A stretch of 63,541 nt of DNA, the filler included, from Reticulomyxa filosa (Eukaryota > Protista > Foraminifera), in NCBI GenBank assembly GCA_000512085.1. It is 15 parts of 15 records of this genome, joined end to end, with 100 filler letters (N's around TTAATTAATTAA, not from the genome) between each part and the next. Parts side by side here need not be neighbours in the genome. Positions count along the whole stretch, not along the records: positions 1 to 8,440 come from ASPP01029279.1; positions 8,541 to 10,091 come from ASPP01015515.1; positions 10,192 to 11,575 come from ASPP01007998.1; positions 11,676 to 13,888 come from ASPP01027822.1; 11 more parts are not named here. One strand, 5' to 3'. The notes below the pieces were generated by a model, which was given only the letters and a program-made list of their open reading frames with translations, did not search any database and was not told the DNA's origin. Of this stretch, positions 1 through 12,405 are shown in pieces. How positions within the stretch are numbered: position 1 is the stretch's first letter; each line of letters starts with the position of its first letter. The translations under genes were made by a program, and so were the position numbers.

Positions 1-458
1 CAGCATGCTATTATCTCTTATAGCCGTTTGCTCCTTGATGACTCTTTTCTTTTAAAAATTTTGAATTAGTTGTAGTCTTATATATGTGTGTACATGTTTC
101 AGATAATTAATGATTTTTTTTTATGAGTACATCTTTTTACATTTTTGTATACGTTGTTTGAACTATGTTAACTTATTGTTCATTCTTTTTTTCACAATAT
201 TTTTCAATCAGTTAGACCACATTAAAAAAATAGCTCATGTTTTGATATCTTTTCACTTTTTTTGTTGTTTTGAAAAAGAAAAGAATACTGTCTTTTTTTT
301 CTCAAGTAACATTATTCATTATAAAAGTTTGGTAAGATAGAAAAATGAATGCATAAACGAACTCTCCAAGAAGGAAACACTTGGAAACAAAAGATATTTT
401 CAATTGCAGGAATAGAGAAGAATGCAAGAAAAGATTATTTCAACCTTATTTGGGTTGC

Positions 459-894
459 TTATCTATTGGTAACACATTTTCCATCACTTGCTATCAATGT
501 ATTTCCATTTTCTCCATATCCACAAATAATCATTATCAATCCATCATATTTATTAGTATTTTTACAAAGCTTGAAATTGAGGACTATTCTATCCATAAAG
601 TTTTGGATATCGTCTTTTGTCATTTTTGGAGATTGATTGCATATAATTTCGTAATTCAATTCTTGTTCGAATAACTGTTTCTTTCACATTTGAAAGATTA
701 TTCCACATTTTATTGTCAATATATTCACTGATAACAATCATTATCACCAATGCATTTTTTATTGTTTTTGTTTTTCCAATTGTTATTAGTTGTTGAAATG
801 AAGTCCAATTAATTTTAAATGTAGGTTCCTTATTTTTAAATTCTTCCATAACATCTTCATTTGATTTAATAATACTATTGTTTGTACCAAGCAA
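459..894 (-). pseudogene. Decayed caspase-like (peptidase C14, p20-type) gene with a short upstream PB1-like segment
   Basis: Frameshifted pieces NALVIMIVISEY...WNNLSNVKE / NYEIICNQSPKMTKDDIQNFMD...KYDGLIMIICGYGENGNTLIASDG follow the caspase beta1-to-His-Gly layout. The His position reads Tyr, and the frame stops before any (D/Q)ACRG motif. Confidence 0.65.
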
Positions 895-912
895 TTCAAG
901 TTTTAAATTTTC

Positions 913-1373
913 TCATTTTTTGCATATCTTTCCATCCACCAAAGAACAAGATAATACCATTGATATACACATATGTATACGCATATAATGATGCAATATC
1001 ATCACAAACAGGTAATTGATGAATTGAAAGGTGTTGTTATCTTCATCATATTCGATTGATAATCCTGTCTTTAAACAAAACAACAACACTTCATTATTGT
1101 TTTTCTTTTTACTATCATTTCTTTCTTCTTTTGTGTTTGATTTTAATGCAAAGCAATGAAATTTTATCCAATTATTAGTTGCAATTGGTGTGATTGTCTG
1201 TGAAAGGGATACGAACAAATAAACTTGTATTTGTTTTTGAGTGTGTGATAAGAATAACAAGCTCTTTGAAAAGCACCTCCACAAAAGAGGATTTCGTGTT
1301 TGTATAGCACACATTGAGAGTAAGAAAGTGGTGTAGGTAAATCCTTCAAAATTTGAAAAGTTTGAATACTCAT
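913..1373 (-). pseudogene. Kelch-repeat protein gene, 5' part, frameshifted
   Basis: MSIQTFQILKDLPTPLSYSQCVLYKHEILFCGG..RACYSYHTLKNKYKFICSYP, then VLLFCLKTGLSIEYDEDNNTFQF in another frame. These carry Kelch GG/Y signatures; same family as 39116-40243. Confidence 0.7.
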
Positions 1374-1926
1374 ATTATTAATGTTGATGAACTATTAAAT
1401 AGCTTAGTTCTTTTTTTAAAGAAAGCTTAATTCGAAAAAAAGCTACCTTTTCGATTGACTTAGAAAAAAAACAATCTTATCGAAGATTGCAAAAGTAGAA
1501 AGTTTCTATTTGAGTATTTTCTATTCAAAGGCAACAAGCTTACAAAAAAATAAGAGTTGAGTTGTTGAATAAGACAAGTTGAAGTAGTCATAAATCTCTT
1601 TAGAAAAACAAATTTTTTAACTAAGGAAATCTCATACAAATTGTTTGCAACTTTTCATTTTTTTTGAGGAGAGCATAGTTATAGTTAATGCTCAGGTATC
1701 TGTGCTATGCGATTATTATTATGCAGACTATTTTTAAATGAAAGGATAAAGCGTTCGGACTTGAAAGAACAAAAACTATTCAAAGTGTCCCGAAAAATCG
1801 TTTATTGCACTTGTTCCTTATATCAAACGTGTGGTTAACAGGACAAATTTCCCCCCAAAAAATTGAATTTTCTATTCTCAAAAGTTCTCCAAAGAAAACA
1901 TTTAAAAGATCCATCATCATATAAGA

Positions 1927-3273
1927 ATGACTTCATTTAAAGCGTATGTTAATGCTAGAGAAAAAATGTATAAAATAATGTTGTCAACATTAACGATGAA
2001 GCACTTGAAGCAACGAGTGATTGAAGTCACTCAGCCAAAAACGGTGGATGAAGTATTGCTAACAATCATTGACACAGATGGTTGTCATATTGAAACTGAC
2101 AAAGATGTGATTCATGCCTTTAAAAAAGAGTCGGTGTATCTAACTGTTCAATTTCAATTAGGTTTCTTTTTTATTCTATAAAATATCTTTTATATCTCAA
2201 TGACTAATTTTGAATTTTGGATACAAGAAAGACAAATAGAAGATAGCTCAAAAATGAAAGAAGGAATCTCAGAGACATTGGATTTTAAGAAGCATTGGAA
2301 CAAATTTTGGAGAAAATCCAATGCGGAAGCATCAAAAATAGTTGAGCAAATGATGCAAAATAATGAACAAGGATTAATTATTATTGCATACAATACATTG
2401 AAATGGAAAAATAGAAAAGATAATTTTGCTTCAATTATCAATTTGATAAACAACAAGGATGACATAAAAGAATTTGGAATATATTGCATGTATATAATTA
2501 AAAAAAAGCTGATTGTATTGGAAGATGTACACATTGATGGAAATATATATGCTGTTGATTGTGAAATTCAACATAAAGGATATGTAAACATTACAACCCA
2601 ATTATTTGTTACAAAGAATGCAAAAACTGATCTACAATCACAACAGTCAATTTCAATCATTCAATGGAATACAAAACTGCATCATGATATTCCAGTACAA
2701 TTTCAAGAGATCGAGGATAAAGGAGAAGAATTTAGAAAGCAATACTCGTTTGATGAATCTGTTGATTGCTGGATACAATATTTGAAAATTGCAATCAATA
2801 CTTTTGGTTTGAGTCATCGTTATGTTGCAATTGCATATAATTCGATTGGAAATACTTATTACGATAGAAGGCAAAATGAACATGCAATTGAATTCTATGA
2901 AAAAGTATTGCAGATTGTAGTGGACATCTTTGGGATTAATTGTAATTTTGTTGCCAATTTGTATGAAAACTTAGGTAATACTTATGGTGAGTGAGCACAA
3001 TATGACAAAGCAATTGAATGCCATATGAAGGCATTAGAAACCAGAGTAGCAATTTTTGGAGCCAAACATGTAGACGTTGCATTATCATATAACAGATTAG
3101 GAGGAATTTATCAATATAAAAAGCACAATAAAGCGATTAAATATTATGAAAAATTATTGGAGATTACGTTAGAAATTTTTGGATTTAATAATGATGATAT
3201 GGCTTATTTGTTTTGGACTTTAGAGCTTGAGTTTGAAAGCTGGGAAACTATAAAAAAGCGGCGGATATTTTGA
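1927..3273 (+). pseudogene. PB1-like N-terminus plus kinesin-light-chain-type TPR protein, interrupted by an in-frame TGA at 2992-2994
   Basis: ORFs 1927-2181 (probable exon 1), 2200-2994 and 3025-3273; the last two are in the same frame. TPR repeats VAIAYNSIGNTYYD..HAIEFYEKVLQI, VANLYENLGNTYGE*AQYDKAIECHMKALE and VALSYNRLGGIY. Confidence 0.75.
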
Positions 3274-4619
3274 AGGAGCATGGAAGACTTATACTACACT
3301 TTTGGAGAATGGCATATCAGGACATTGCAAGCAAAAAGGAAAGTAAACAATATTTGTGTATGAATTTTCAGAGAATTTATTCACATTTATCTTTTTTTTG
3401 TTTGTTTGCCAATTATGGCAATCCAAAGGTGTCAATTGAATTTTTTTGCTTCTATTCTTTGGTCATTTTTATTGTTGTTCTAATATCTTTTCCTTTACTT
3501 TTTCAAAGTTAAAATATGAAAAAAATTAAAAAATTCTATTTTACAATTTATTGATCTTAAAAAAACTTTAAATTTATCTCAAAGAATTTACTTTATGTCT
3601 GAATTTTGTATTTTAATGTGCAATCCATTGCCGAAAATCTTTCACTGTTGTTTCGAAGTCAGTTTAAAGGGTATTTAAATTGTGTACGGGCATTTCCTTA
3701 AATGATAAAGATATTACCAAGGAAAAATAATGTTCATTCCGCAAAAACAATTTTAATTTCAATTTCTGTAATTGTTTTTGGAATCACAATTGTAGAACCA
3801 CAAATGAAATACTATACAAAAATTTTAACAATTCTTTTTTTCAATTTTTTTGTCAAAAATGTCAAAATATTCCAAAAAATTGCAAATTTACATCTTTTTT
3901 TTATAAACATTTATGTGTTTTGCATTTACGTCTTAACAAAAAAAGGTCTTTTTTTTTTTGGTTGTCCAACGTACCAGCTCGTAATTAGGGTGATATACAC
4001 CCTGTCTAACTGGTATATCTTTTTTCTATTTTTTTAAATAATTTTGTAACTTAAAAAGTGGTTTTGTTTTGCAACAGACAGTCCACTTTGAAAAAAAAAT
4101 GTCTTTTTATGTGGATGCTGTGCATCTTTCAACAAAAGAAAAAAAAATGAATGATTATGGGGTAAGGCCCCCCGTCTCCGCAAGGAGAAAGCAAGGTTTG
4201 TTATATAATTTTTTTTTTTTTTGATAAAATTAACTTGATGTGTTTTCAATCACAGCTGCAGCCCGTCTTTCAAAAAAAAAAAAAAAAAAAATCACGTCCC
4301 ACACTCCAAAGAAAAGCCTCGGGGTTGAAGCCACTCCGCATTGAAAAAAAAATAAAAGGTTTATGTTTTATTTATTTTTTATTTTTTTATCAAATGTGTT
4401 TGTGTTTGTGAATAGGCATGCCCCCACAAAAAAAAATTTGTGCCCCCCTCCATGTGACAAGAAAAAAAAATTATAGATAATTGTAATTGGAGCTTCAAGC
4501 TCAACGCTCAAAGTATGTTTTTTGTTTTTTCTTTAAAAAATTAGACATTTTTTTTATTTGTGTATGTTCATAGGAGTCAAGATCAAAAGATTAAAAGTTT
4601 TTTTTTTTTATTTATTTTT

Positions 4620-5100
4620 TTTTTATTTGAGAGGAATTTGTTGGAAAAGAAAGGGGGGGGGGAAAAAATGAGGGAAAAAAGGGATGGAAAAAAGGGAGGG
4701 AAAAAAAATGGAGGGAAAAAACGGGAAAAAAAGGTTGGAAAAAAATGGAAAAAAAAAGTTAAAAAAATTTTATTTAAGAAGAGAAAAAAAAAAGATAAAA
4801 AAATTTTATTTAAGATGAGAAAAAAAAAAGAATGATAATTAAAAAAATGAAAAGAAGATTAGAAAATGAAAAATAAAAAAAATAATAAAAAAATGACAAT
4901 TGGAAAAAAATAAAAAAAAGATTAAAAATAGAAAAAAAGAAAAGAGAAAAAGATAAAAAAAAGAGAAAAAAATAGATAAAAATAAAAAATAAGAAGGAAG
5001 AAAAAAAAAAGAAAGGGATAGAAAGGAGAGGTAGAAGGAGGAGAAGGGAGCTAAAGGAGAAGTAGAAGAAGGAGAAGAAGTAGAAGAAGAACACCAACAG
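4620..5100 (+). repeat. Purine-rich (A/G) low-complexity tract
   Basis: About 480 nt almost entirely A/G. The overlapping Lys-rich and Phe-rich ORFs are compositional artefacts. Confidence 0.8.
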
Positions 5101-5479
5101 CAGCAGTGGCAATCCGATGGGTTTAAAAGACTTGTGGTTGATGGCGAGCAAGTATCTGCGGAGTGGAGAAGTATCAAAGATTGCCGACGAACAATGGAAA
5201 CGAAATTGTGGTGGAAAGTGGCTCTAAGTTTATGGACGCAAAACAATCAAGAAGGAGACCGGTCTCTTATCAAAACTTATCTTGTACGTGCGCGTATGCG
5301 CAACTTTGAATTGTTATGAGTGTGCTGACTTGAAGAATCTTTAGCTCGCGTGCGACATTTAGCATTGGTGAACATAGAAATATACAGAAAGACTAGTGAA
5401 AAGGTCACAAGTGAAACTATAGTAGATGGACTTCGTGGTTGGAAAAATTCGCGATATGGAGTTTGAAAAGTTGGGCAAG

Positions 5480-7870
5480 CTTCTACTAGGCCAATTGAGA
5501 ACAACATAGTCTTGGTGCCGTCAAAATATGAAGCGAGATTGCCAAGAAAAAAAAAGACTGTAACATCGCACAAGTGAAAATAATATCGACATTACGATGT
5601 TGCAATGGTGGCAGAGACTTGGAATCAGAAGAAGTGGAAGGCGAGTGAAGAAAGAACGAGGAAGTTGTTACAAAAGAATCCACATTGTGAACAAGCAAAC
5701 CACTACGCCGGGAGAATCGTTCGAGGTGAGAGTGGTTCAAATCGATTGAGGAGTTGTGCAAAACTCGCACCAAGACACCGCCAAGCAAGAAGGAAAAGAG
5801 AATGACGATGAAAGTAAAGATTCTTCCAAGCATATCGCATTGGACGTGTTTTTAAAAGAAAAAAATCTGTTGGTCGGCTTTTCTGAGTTTGATGATGAAC
5901 TTTCTATTTCTGTCCAGAAACGCGCAAATTCGCCACTCACGGGATGGACTAACTTCTCGTATCGCCCCCTCCAATGGACAAGGCTGGCCAAATGCGGCAA
6001 TGTCTAAGCAATAACAACGCGAAGCATTGGAAAGAACTTGTTTGCCATCAACGGATGCGCACACAAGTCTCTGCGGATAACTCTTAGCAAGGCATATCAC
6101 CAAAGAAAGCGTCAAACTGTGCCAACAAGGGAAACTCGTCGTTATGGAAATAGTATGAGCACAGAACAACAGCCAAAACTTGTCGTGTGTTCGTGCGCAT
6201 ATTCGCAACATTGGATTTTTGGACATTGATGATCGGTGAATAGATAAAAGAACTTGGCTGTATTTTCTGACTTCGAACAAGCGCCGATGATCTTTACTGA
6301 ATTGTCTCCATGATCGACTATGGACGCGCAATACTTTGATTCGTTGCATTGTCCCCCCCCCAGCACTTGGAAAACAATAAAGTGGCCAATTTGTATTCGT
6401 TTGAGTTGGATGTGAATCATCCAGTTTTGAGTTGTGAAGCGGTAGGGATCTTTGGCAGACTCAAAAAAATCACGTTCACAACGATTGCACGCAAGAAGAG
6501 AACAAAGAATACGTCCAATAATGAAAAAAGAAAAGAAAAGGTGATACGCTCATTCATTAGATCGCTACTCCCAAACATTGTCGATGATGCGAACGTTTCC
6601 AATAACGAGCATTTATCCAATATGCCAAAGTGTGTATATCTCATCACAAGATCGGATAAACTTCGTAGTTGGAAGACATCCATTATATGGTGGGACAAGA
6701 CTCTCATAGACCAATCCCAAACAATCTCGATCTTGACGCCGTCTGAATACGAAAAGCAAGCTCGCCAAAAAAAAAAGGAAAAGAAGACGGTGATATCGCA
6801 CATAGTGAAGACGATATCAACATGGCGTTGTCGCAACGGCGTCAGTGACTGAACATACTTAAAAAGTAGAATGCGAAGAATGAAAAGAGCACGAATGTCG
6901 CTAAAAAAGTAATTCACATGGAGATCGAGCAAAGCACTATCGTCCCGTATGATATATTGACTCAATTCGGTGGAAGAGTTATGAGAAACTCGCATCAAGA
7001 ACACACCGGACAAGCAAGAAGACTGAGATGAATAGTAGGGGGTAGGAGTAGGAGGATTGAAGAGAAGAAAAAGGTTTTTGTTGGATTGTTTTTCATCCCA
7101 GGAAACACGCAAAATCGCCACTCGCTGGTGTGTGTGTGTGTGTGTGTGACTAATTTCCACATATCGCGCGCTCCAATGAAAAATGCTAAACGAGTTGACA
7201 ATTTCAAGCAGTGGCAGCATTGGCAAGAACATTTATCATTGACGTATGCGCACAAAAGTCTCTGCGGATTATTGTTGACTCGGAACAGCACCAAAGAGGA
7301 CATTGAGCTGCGACCCACCAGCGCCAGCCAACAAAGAACACTCGGTCGTTATGGAAATGGTGTGCTAATTTTGTAAACGCAGAGACTGAACATTCGTGCA
7401 GAAACTAGTCGTGTGTGTGTGTGCATACGCACATTCGCAACTTTGGATTTTTTAATCCATGAGTTATATGCTGATGGTGGGGGAGGAATCGTGAAGAAGA
7501 ACAAACGGCGAATACGTCCAATAATGGGAAAAAATGGTGTACCCTCTACCTTCATCGGACTGTCACTCCAAACATTGTCGAATGGACGCATGGTGTGTGA
7601 TGGATGCGAGAATTTCCAATAACGAGCATTTATCCAATGCCAAAGTGTGTCCCTTCGTCACAATGGCGATGAAAAAAAAAAGAGAAGAATTTGATATTTA
7701 CAAAACATCAATTATATAATGATGCCATTGGACCCGTTGAAAAAAAATTTTTCCCAGTTCAATCTCGAGCGATTTGGATCTTGGTACTGTACTGTCCCGA
7801 CAACAAAGGCAAGCTTGTCAAGAAAAAAGAAAAATATATATTGTGCAAAATGGAAACGACAGCAGCGACT
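5480..7870 (+). repeat. Diverged tandem duplication, unit ~1.0-1.2 kb, 2-3 copies
   Basis: Matching blocks: AAGTCTCTGCGGAT (~6065/~7256), GTCGTTATGGAAAT (~6138/~7345), GAATACGTCCAATAATG (~6507/~7510) and AATAACGAGCATTTATCCAAT..GCCAAAGTGTGT (6601/~7618). An ATCTTG..GCAAGCT..AAAAAAA block recurs at ~5510, ~6730 and ~7780. Confidence 0.75.
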
Positions 7871-8440
7871 GGCTTTTGGTCGAAGAAATTAAAGACAATG
7901 GAAGAAGAAGAAGAAGAAGAAGAAGACGACGTTGTATGAAATAAATAATCACACTACGGCGATCGAGTGAGCCACTCTCACACATTGAACTATTCTTCAC
8001 GATATCTTGTCTCAAATTGGTGGGATGAGTTTTGCGAAACTCAAGTTGACATCACCTGCAAACAAGAAGATATAAAGATGATGATGATGATGAAGAGAAA
8101 AGAACATTCCGAGGATACTTCGTTGGATTTGTTTTAAAAAGAAAAAAAGACCGCCCGTCGACTCTATTTTCATTATGAAATGGCTATTCACACTCGCGGG
8201 TGGCGACTTTGCGCACTCTAAGACATGGATTAATTTTACATAGTGCGCAATCAATGGAAGCCTCTTGACGGGTGTGACAATGCCAAGCGCTGTGTCAATG
8301 ATACTTATGATGACGACGACAACAACACGCAGTCCGTGTTCTATTCAACTCATTTATCAATTGTTTTACACATTGGACTAATGTTGTGTGTGCGTCAATA
8401 TTTGAGTGGTGCTGATGTATTCCACAATTCGATTTGGTGT

Positions 8441-8540
8441 NNNNNNNNNNNNNNNNNNNNNNNNNNNNNNNNNNNNNNNNNNNNTTAATTAATTAANNNN
8501 NNNNNNNNNNNNNNNNNNNNNNNNNNNNNNNNNNNNNNNN
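8441..8540. other. Artificial contig-joining linker (N44-TTAATTAATTAA-N44, stops in all six frames); first of 14
   Basis: Identical 100-nt linkers at 8441, 10092, 11576, 13889, 15498, 17123, 24838, 27172, 33055, 36933, 40244, 41885, 58435 and 59824. GC content and gene style change abruptly across several of them, so there is no synteny across linkers. Confidence 0.98.
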
Positions 8541-8681
8541 ATTAGTGATAGAAAAACCCCCCCCTTTTTTTTTTTTTTTTTTTTGAAAAAAAAAATTGTT
8601 GTTGTGAGATTTGATTCTAATGGACTTTTTTTTTTTTTTTGGGAAGAGGAGGGAGGAAGGGGGGGAGCATGTAAAATGTAG

Positions 8682-10091
8682 GGACAAACACTACGTAACA
8701 ATACTTACATACCCAACGTACACACTCGGACAAACAATTAGCAATGGCCAATTTGTCATACGTCTCAGTAGACTTGGACAATACGAAATTATACTTTGGA
8801 GAATATGTTAATCATTATCAAATGCACCCACTTACATTTATACAAATATACAATTATATACATATATATATATATATATATATGTTTAAATTCAAATGTA
8901 TAAAATTGTCATGGTTGTTACTGTTGGCACAGCCGAAAGGAGTAAACGACGAAACCAATGTGACAATAAGCACGAAATTGTCCTCGCTGACAAGCGAATG
9001 GAAATTTGACGTGAGTTCGGTAGGACTGCCGACGGCGACGGGCGGCATCAGCAACATTGTGACCGACTGCGTGGGCGTTGTCGATTTCGCCTCTCCCTAC
9101 ATTGGCGTGTCCATGTCGTCAAACCAGTACACTGGCTTCTGGAATTCGCTGTCGAGCAGTAGTTGCAACCAAACCACCTTACAATGCCCAAATGTTGACA
9201 ATGTTGTCTCCTTTATTCAATTCAAAATTCAAAATACCACCTTTCAACTCAATCGAGATAATTTTGTCAAAGACTCGAGTTTTGTTTTTTGTTTATATGT
9301 ACATAATAATATAACATATATTCATAAATAAACATATATGTATATGTTTATTGTTTATTTATGTATATACACATATGCAACCAATCAATTGATATCGGAA
9401 CACAATGCTCAAATCAGAATTGCTATTTAAAAGATTATCTGTCATTAACACTTCCATTCCTGTTTTTTATTTTGGCAAGCCCTTTCTTGAGACTTTGATT
9501 GTCTCATTACATAAAGATCCAATTCATGTTTTGTTTTATTTTGCTTTGCTTTTGTTTTTTGGATTTTCTCACTATGGTGTTGACATGTGTTTTATTTTTA
9601 CCACGAAAAAAGACAAATAATGATTGGATCATGCTTGCCTCCGCAAAGTCTTCAAACTCAAAGAAATGGCTGACAGTGTTGATCGTATTCGTTGCAGTAT
9701 TCGCTTTTTCAATCGTCTTCTTTTTATTATTTTACTACAAATGTAAGATACCACCACCCAATCAAGCACCTCCAGATGCCCGGGTATGTATTGGGCATGT
9801 TGTTTTTTTTTTTCCATTTTTGAGGCTTTTTTTTTTTTTTTTTTTTTTTTTGTTTTTGTAAATTTTTCTTTCCACTCGGAGTTTTTTTCTTTGTAAAAGC
9901 ATATAACCGAGAAAAATAAACAAATACATACCAAAAAACAAAACAAAACATAAACAAAGCGACCCTTATTCTCTGAACAGGTCCCACAGCAAGCGCAGCA
10001 ACAACAAGGTTCAAGTGCACCAAATCCGGTCGATGGCAACGATTTGAGAACAAGACGAGTTAAGTGGGGTCAAACTTCAATCCTTTTTTTT
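8682..10091 (+). CDS. Membrane-anchored pepsin-like (A1) aspartic protease homolog, C-terminal lobe, multi-exon, partial
   Basis: LYFGEY..SEWKFDVSSV..CVGVVDFASPYIG..CPNVDNV..IQFKIQNTTFQLNRDNFV..FYFGKPFLETLIVSL..WIMLAS matches the pepsin C-lobe order, followed by a hydrophobic TM (WLTVLIVFVAVFAFSIVFFLLFYY). TA-rich introns. Boundaries approximate. Confidence 0.6.
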
Positions 10092-10191
10092 NNNNNNNNN
10101 NNNNNNNNNNNNNNNNNNNNNNNNNNNNNNNNNNNTTAATTAATTAANNNNNNNNNNNNNNNNNNNNNNNNNNNNNNNNNNNNNNNNNNNN

Positions 10192-11424
10192 GAAGGTCGG
10201 CGAGCTGGGGGCGCTTGTCCTCGCGCTGCTCGACGGCGCGGGAGAGCTGCGACAGGGCGATCACGGGCACGTCCAGTTCCTTGGCGAGCGTCTTCAGACC
10301 CCGGGTGATTTCCGAAACCTCCTGGACCCGATTCTCCTGCCGGCTCTTGCCCGACGGATTGAGGAGCTGGAGGTAGTCCACGATGATCAGGCCGAGGCCG
10401 TGCGTCCGCTTCAGCCGGCGGGCACGCGTCCGCAGGGCGGCGATGGACAGGGCGGGCGTGTCGTCGATGAAGAAGTTGAGGTGCTCGAGTTCGTGACTGA
10501 CGTTCAGCACCCTGTCGAATTCGGTGCTGTTCATCTCGCCTTTTCGGATCTTCTCGGAGGAGAGTTCGGCCTGCTCCGACAGCATGCGGGTCGCGAGCTG
10601 CTCGGCGGACATTTCGAGCGAGAAGAAACCGACGACGGCGCCGTCCACCGCCTTGGGGTGACCATCGACGATTTCCTCCTGGTAGGCCTTCGCGGCATTG
10701 AAGGCGATGTTGGTCGCCAGCGCCGTCTTTCCCATGGAGGGGCGGCCGGCGAGGATCAGGAGGTCGGATCTGTGCAGACCGCCCAGCAGCTGGTCGAGCT
10801 GGAGCAGGCCGGTGGCCACGCCGGTGAGCTTGCCTTCGCGCCCGTAGGCGGCTTCAGCGGCGGTCATGGCCTCGGTGAGGGCCTGGCGGAACGGCTTGAA
10901 GCCGCCCTCGGTCTGGCCGGTCGTCGCCAGGTCGTAGAGCTTCTTCTCGGCGACCTCGATCTGCTGCAGCGCGGTCTCGTCGACGTCGCCGGAGAAGGCG
11001 CCGTTCACGACGTTCTCGCCGAGATCGATGAGCTGGCGGCGGAGGTAGAGATCGTGGACGGCCCGGCCGAACGCGGCAGCGTCGATCACGTGCACGGAGG
11101 CTGCGGCGAGCCGGGCGAGATAGGCCGCGCCGCCGGCTTCCTTCATGGCCGGATCCTGCTCGACATAGGTCTTGAGCGTGACGGCGCTCACGACCTGGCC
11201 GCGTTCGATCAGGCGCGACAGCGAATCGTAGAGTTTGCTGTGCGACGGGTCGGCGAAATGTTCGGGGCGCAGAAACTCCGCCACGCGCTGGTAGGCGGAT
11301 TGTTCACGAGGATGGAGCCGAGCAGCGCCTGTTCTGCCTCGAAATTGTGCGGCGGCTCGCGCAGGCGCGTATCTTCGGCGCCCGGAAGGCGCGTGACGTT
11401 CGAGGACTCTTTCAGTGGCTCCAT
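10192..11424 (-). CDS. dnaB: Replicative DNA helicase DnaB (alphaproteobacterial), 3'-truncated by contig end, 1-nt frameshift near 11298
   Basis: N-terminus PPHNFEAEQALLGSILVNN (ATG 11424) joins AYQRVAEFLRPEHF. Walker A AGRPSMGKT, FFSLEMSAEQL, IIVDYLQL and LSQLSRAVEQREDKRPQLADL. High GC. Confidence 0.97.
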
Positions 11425-11979
11425 CACAGTGTCTTTGCCCAAGATGGGAGGGGGATCACAGCGCAAAGAACCAAGAGCGACGGTTTATCCAGAGTGTAGC
11501 GAGGATACCTTTCTATTCGGCAGCCATGGAGCCCGCGACGTTCTTAAGACGTTCTTCGGTTGCCATGTAGTCGCGNNNNNNNNNNNNNNNNNNNNNNNNN
11601 NNNNNNNNNNNNNNNNNNNTTAATTAATTAANNNNNNNNNNNNNNNNNNNNNNNNNNNNNNNNNNNNNNNNNNNNGGGGAGACAATATTTTGAAATGACT
11701 CAACTAAATCTCTTTTTCTTTTTTACGTACAAAAACACATGACTGTAACAAAAAGTTGTCTAATGTTCTTTAATAATTTTTTTCATGTAATAAACCTTGC
11801 CATTGGAAAAAAGTTAAACTGGTTCAATTTCCATTGGTGCCCCCCACATTTCAACACATATTATACTCCTTTTTTAAAAAATATGCAAAAAAAATCATAT
11901 CAAGAACACATCATTGTTCGAATTGAAGATAGATGCATTCATACGGCATCACAAAAAAAAACCCCTTGCAGAGAGGGAA

Positions 11980-12405
11980 TTAGTCTCTAGTTAAAACACG
12001 AGCAACCCTCCAGATGAGAGCGGAAGCGAAAACCAAAATGGTTGAAATCAATTGTAAAACGCCATAAGTGGCATCTTTATTTGCCCATTTGGTTGCTAAT
12101 AAAATCCCACTTCCAACTAACGAGCCGAAACTGATCATAATCACAAAAAACAATACAATTCTTGCCCACACGGCGATATTTGTGCATCTCGTATTATACT
12201 CTTCATCCAATGCGTCTAAATATGACCAATGGAATGTTACTAACAAAATGAATCCTATTGTCACGCCTGTCATTGGCAGCGCGTCGATAAATCCGAGTGT
12301 GTACTTATTGCCACTATTTACTTCTACACACGCACTTATAAACATCCACCACCCTATTCCAAATAATATTCCTGCTATCGATGCACCTAAATATCCCAAT
12401 TTCAT
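11980..12405 (-). CDS. TMEM50/Vps68 (UPF0220) family four-TM protein
   Basis: 141 aa with IAGILFGIGWWMFISA, ARIVLFF..ISFGSLVGS and YGVLQLISTILVFASALIWR, the family's characteristic pattern. Confidence 0.8.
   Translation of the reverse strand: MKLGYLGASIAGILFGIGWWMFISACVEVNSGNKYTLGFIDALPMTGVTIGFILLVTFHWSYLDALDEEYNTRCTNIAVWARIVLFFVIMISFGSLVGSGILLATKWANKDATYGVLQLISTILVFASALIWRVARVLTRD

Noticed and set aside
2992-2994. In-frame TGA as an alternative genetic code or selenocysteine
   Set aside because: TGA ends intact genes here (Rab1A, the Kelch gene), other pseudogenes have TAA stops and frameshifts, and this TPR gene also frameshifts near its 3' end.
4034-4620. Short GC-richer islands between A/T runs as micro-exons of a gene
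   Set aside because: Some GT/AG boundaries exist, but I could not assemble a convincing frame or motif.
8485-8496. TTAATTAATTAA recurring 14 times as a possible repeat family or CRISPR-like repeat
   Set aside because: It is always centred in 44+44 Ns, so it is a synthetic six-frame-stop linker.
11290-11305. Programmed frameshift or intein in dnaB
   Set aside because: No slippery sequence or intein motifs; indel errors appear common in this assembly.
10400-11623. 407-aa plus-strand ORF opposite dnaB, and similar long antisense ORFs in the plasmid
   Set aside because: These are shadow ORFs caused by high-GC codon bias and have no motifs.
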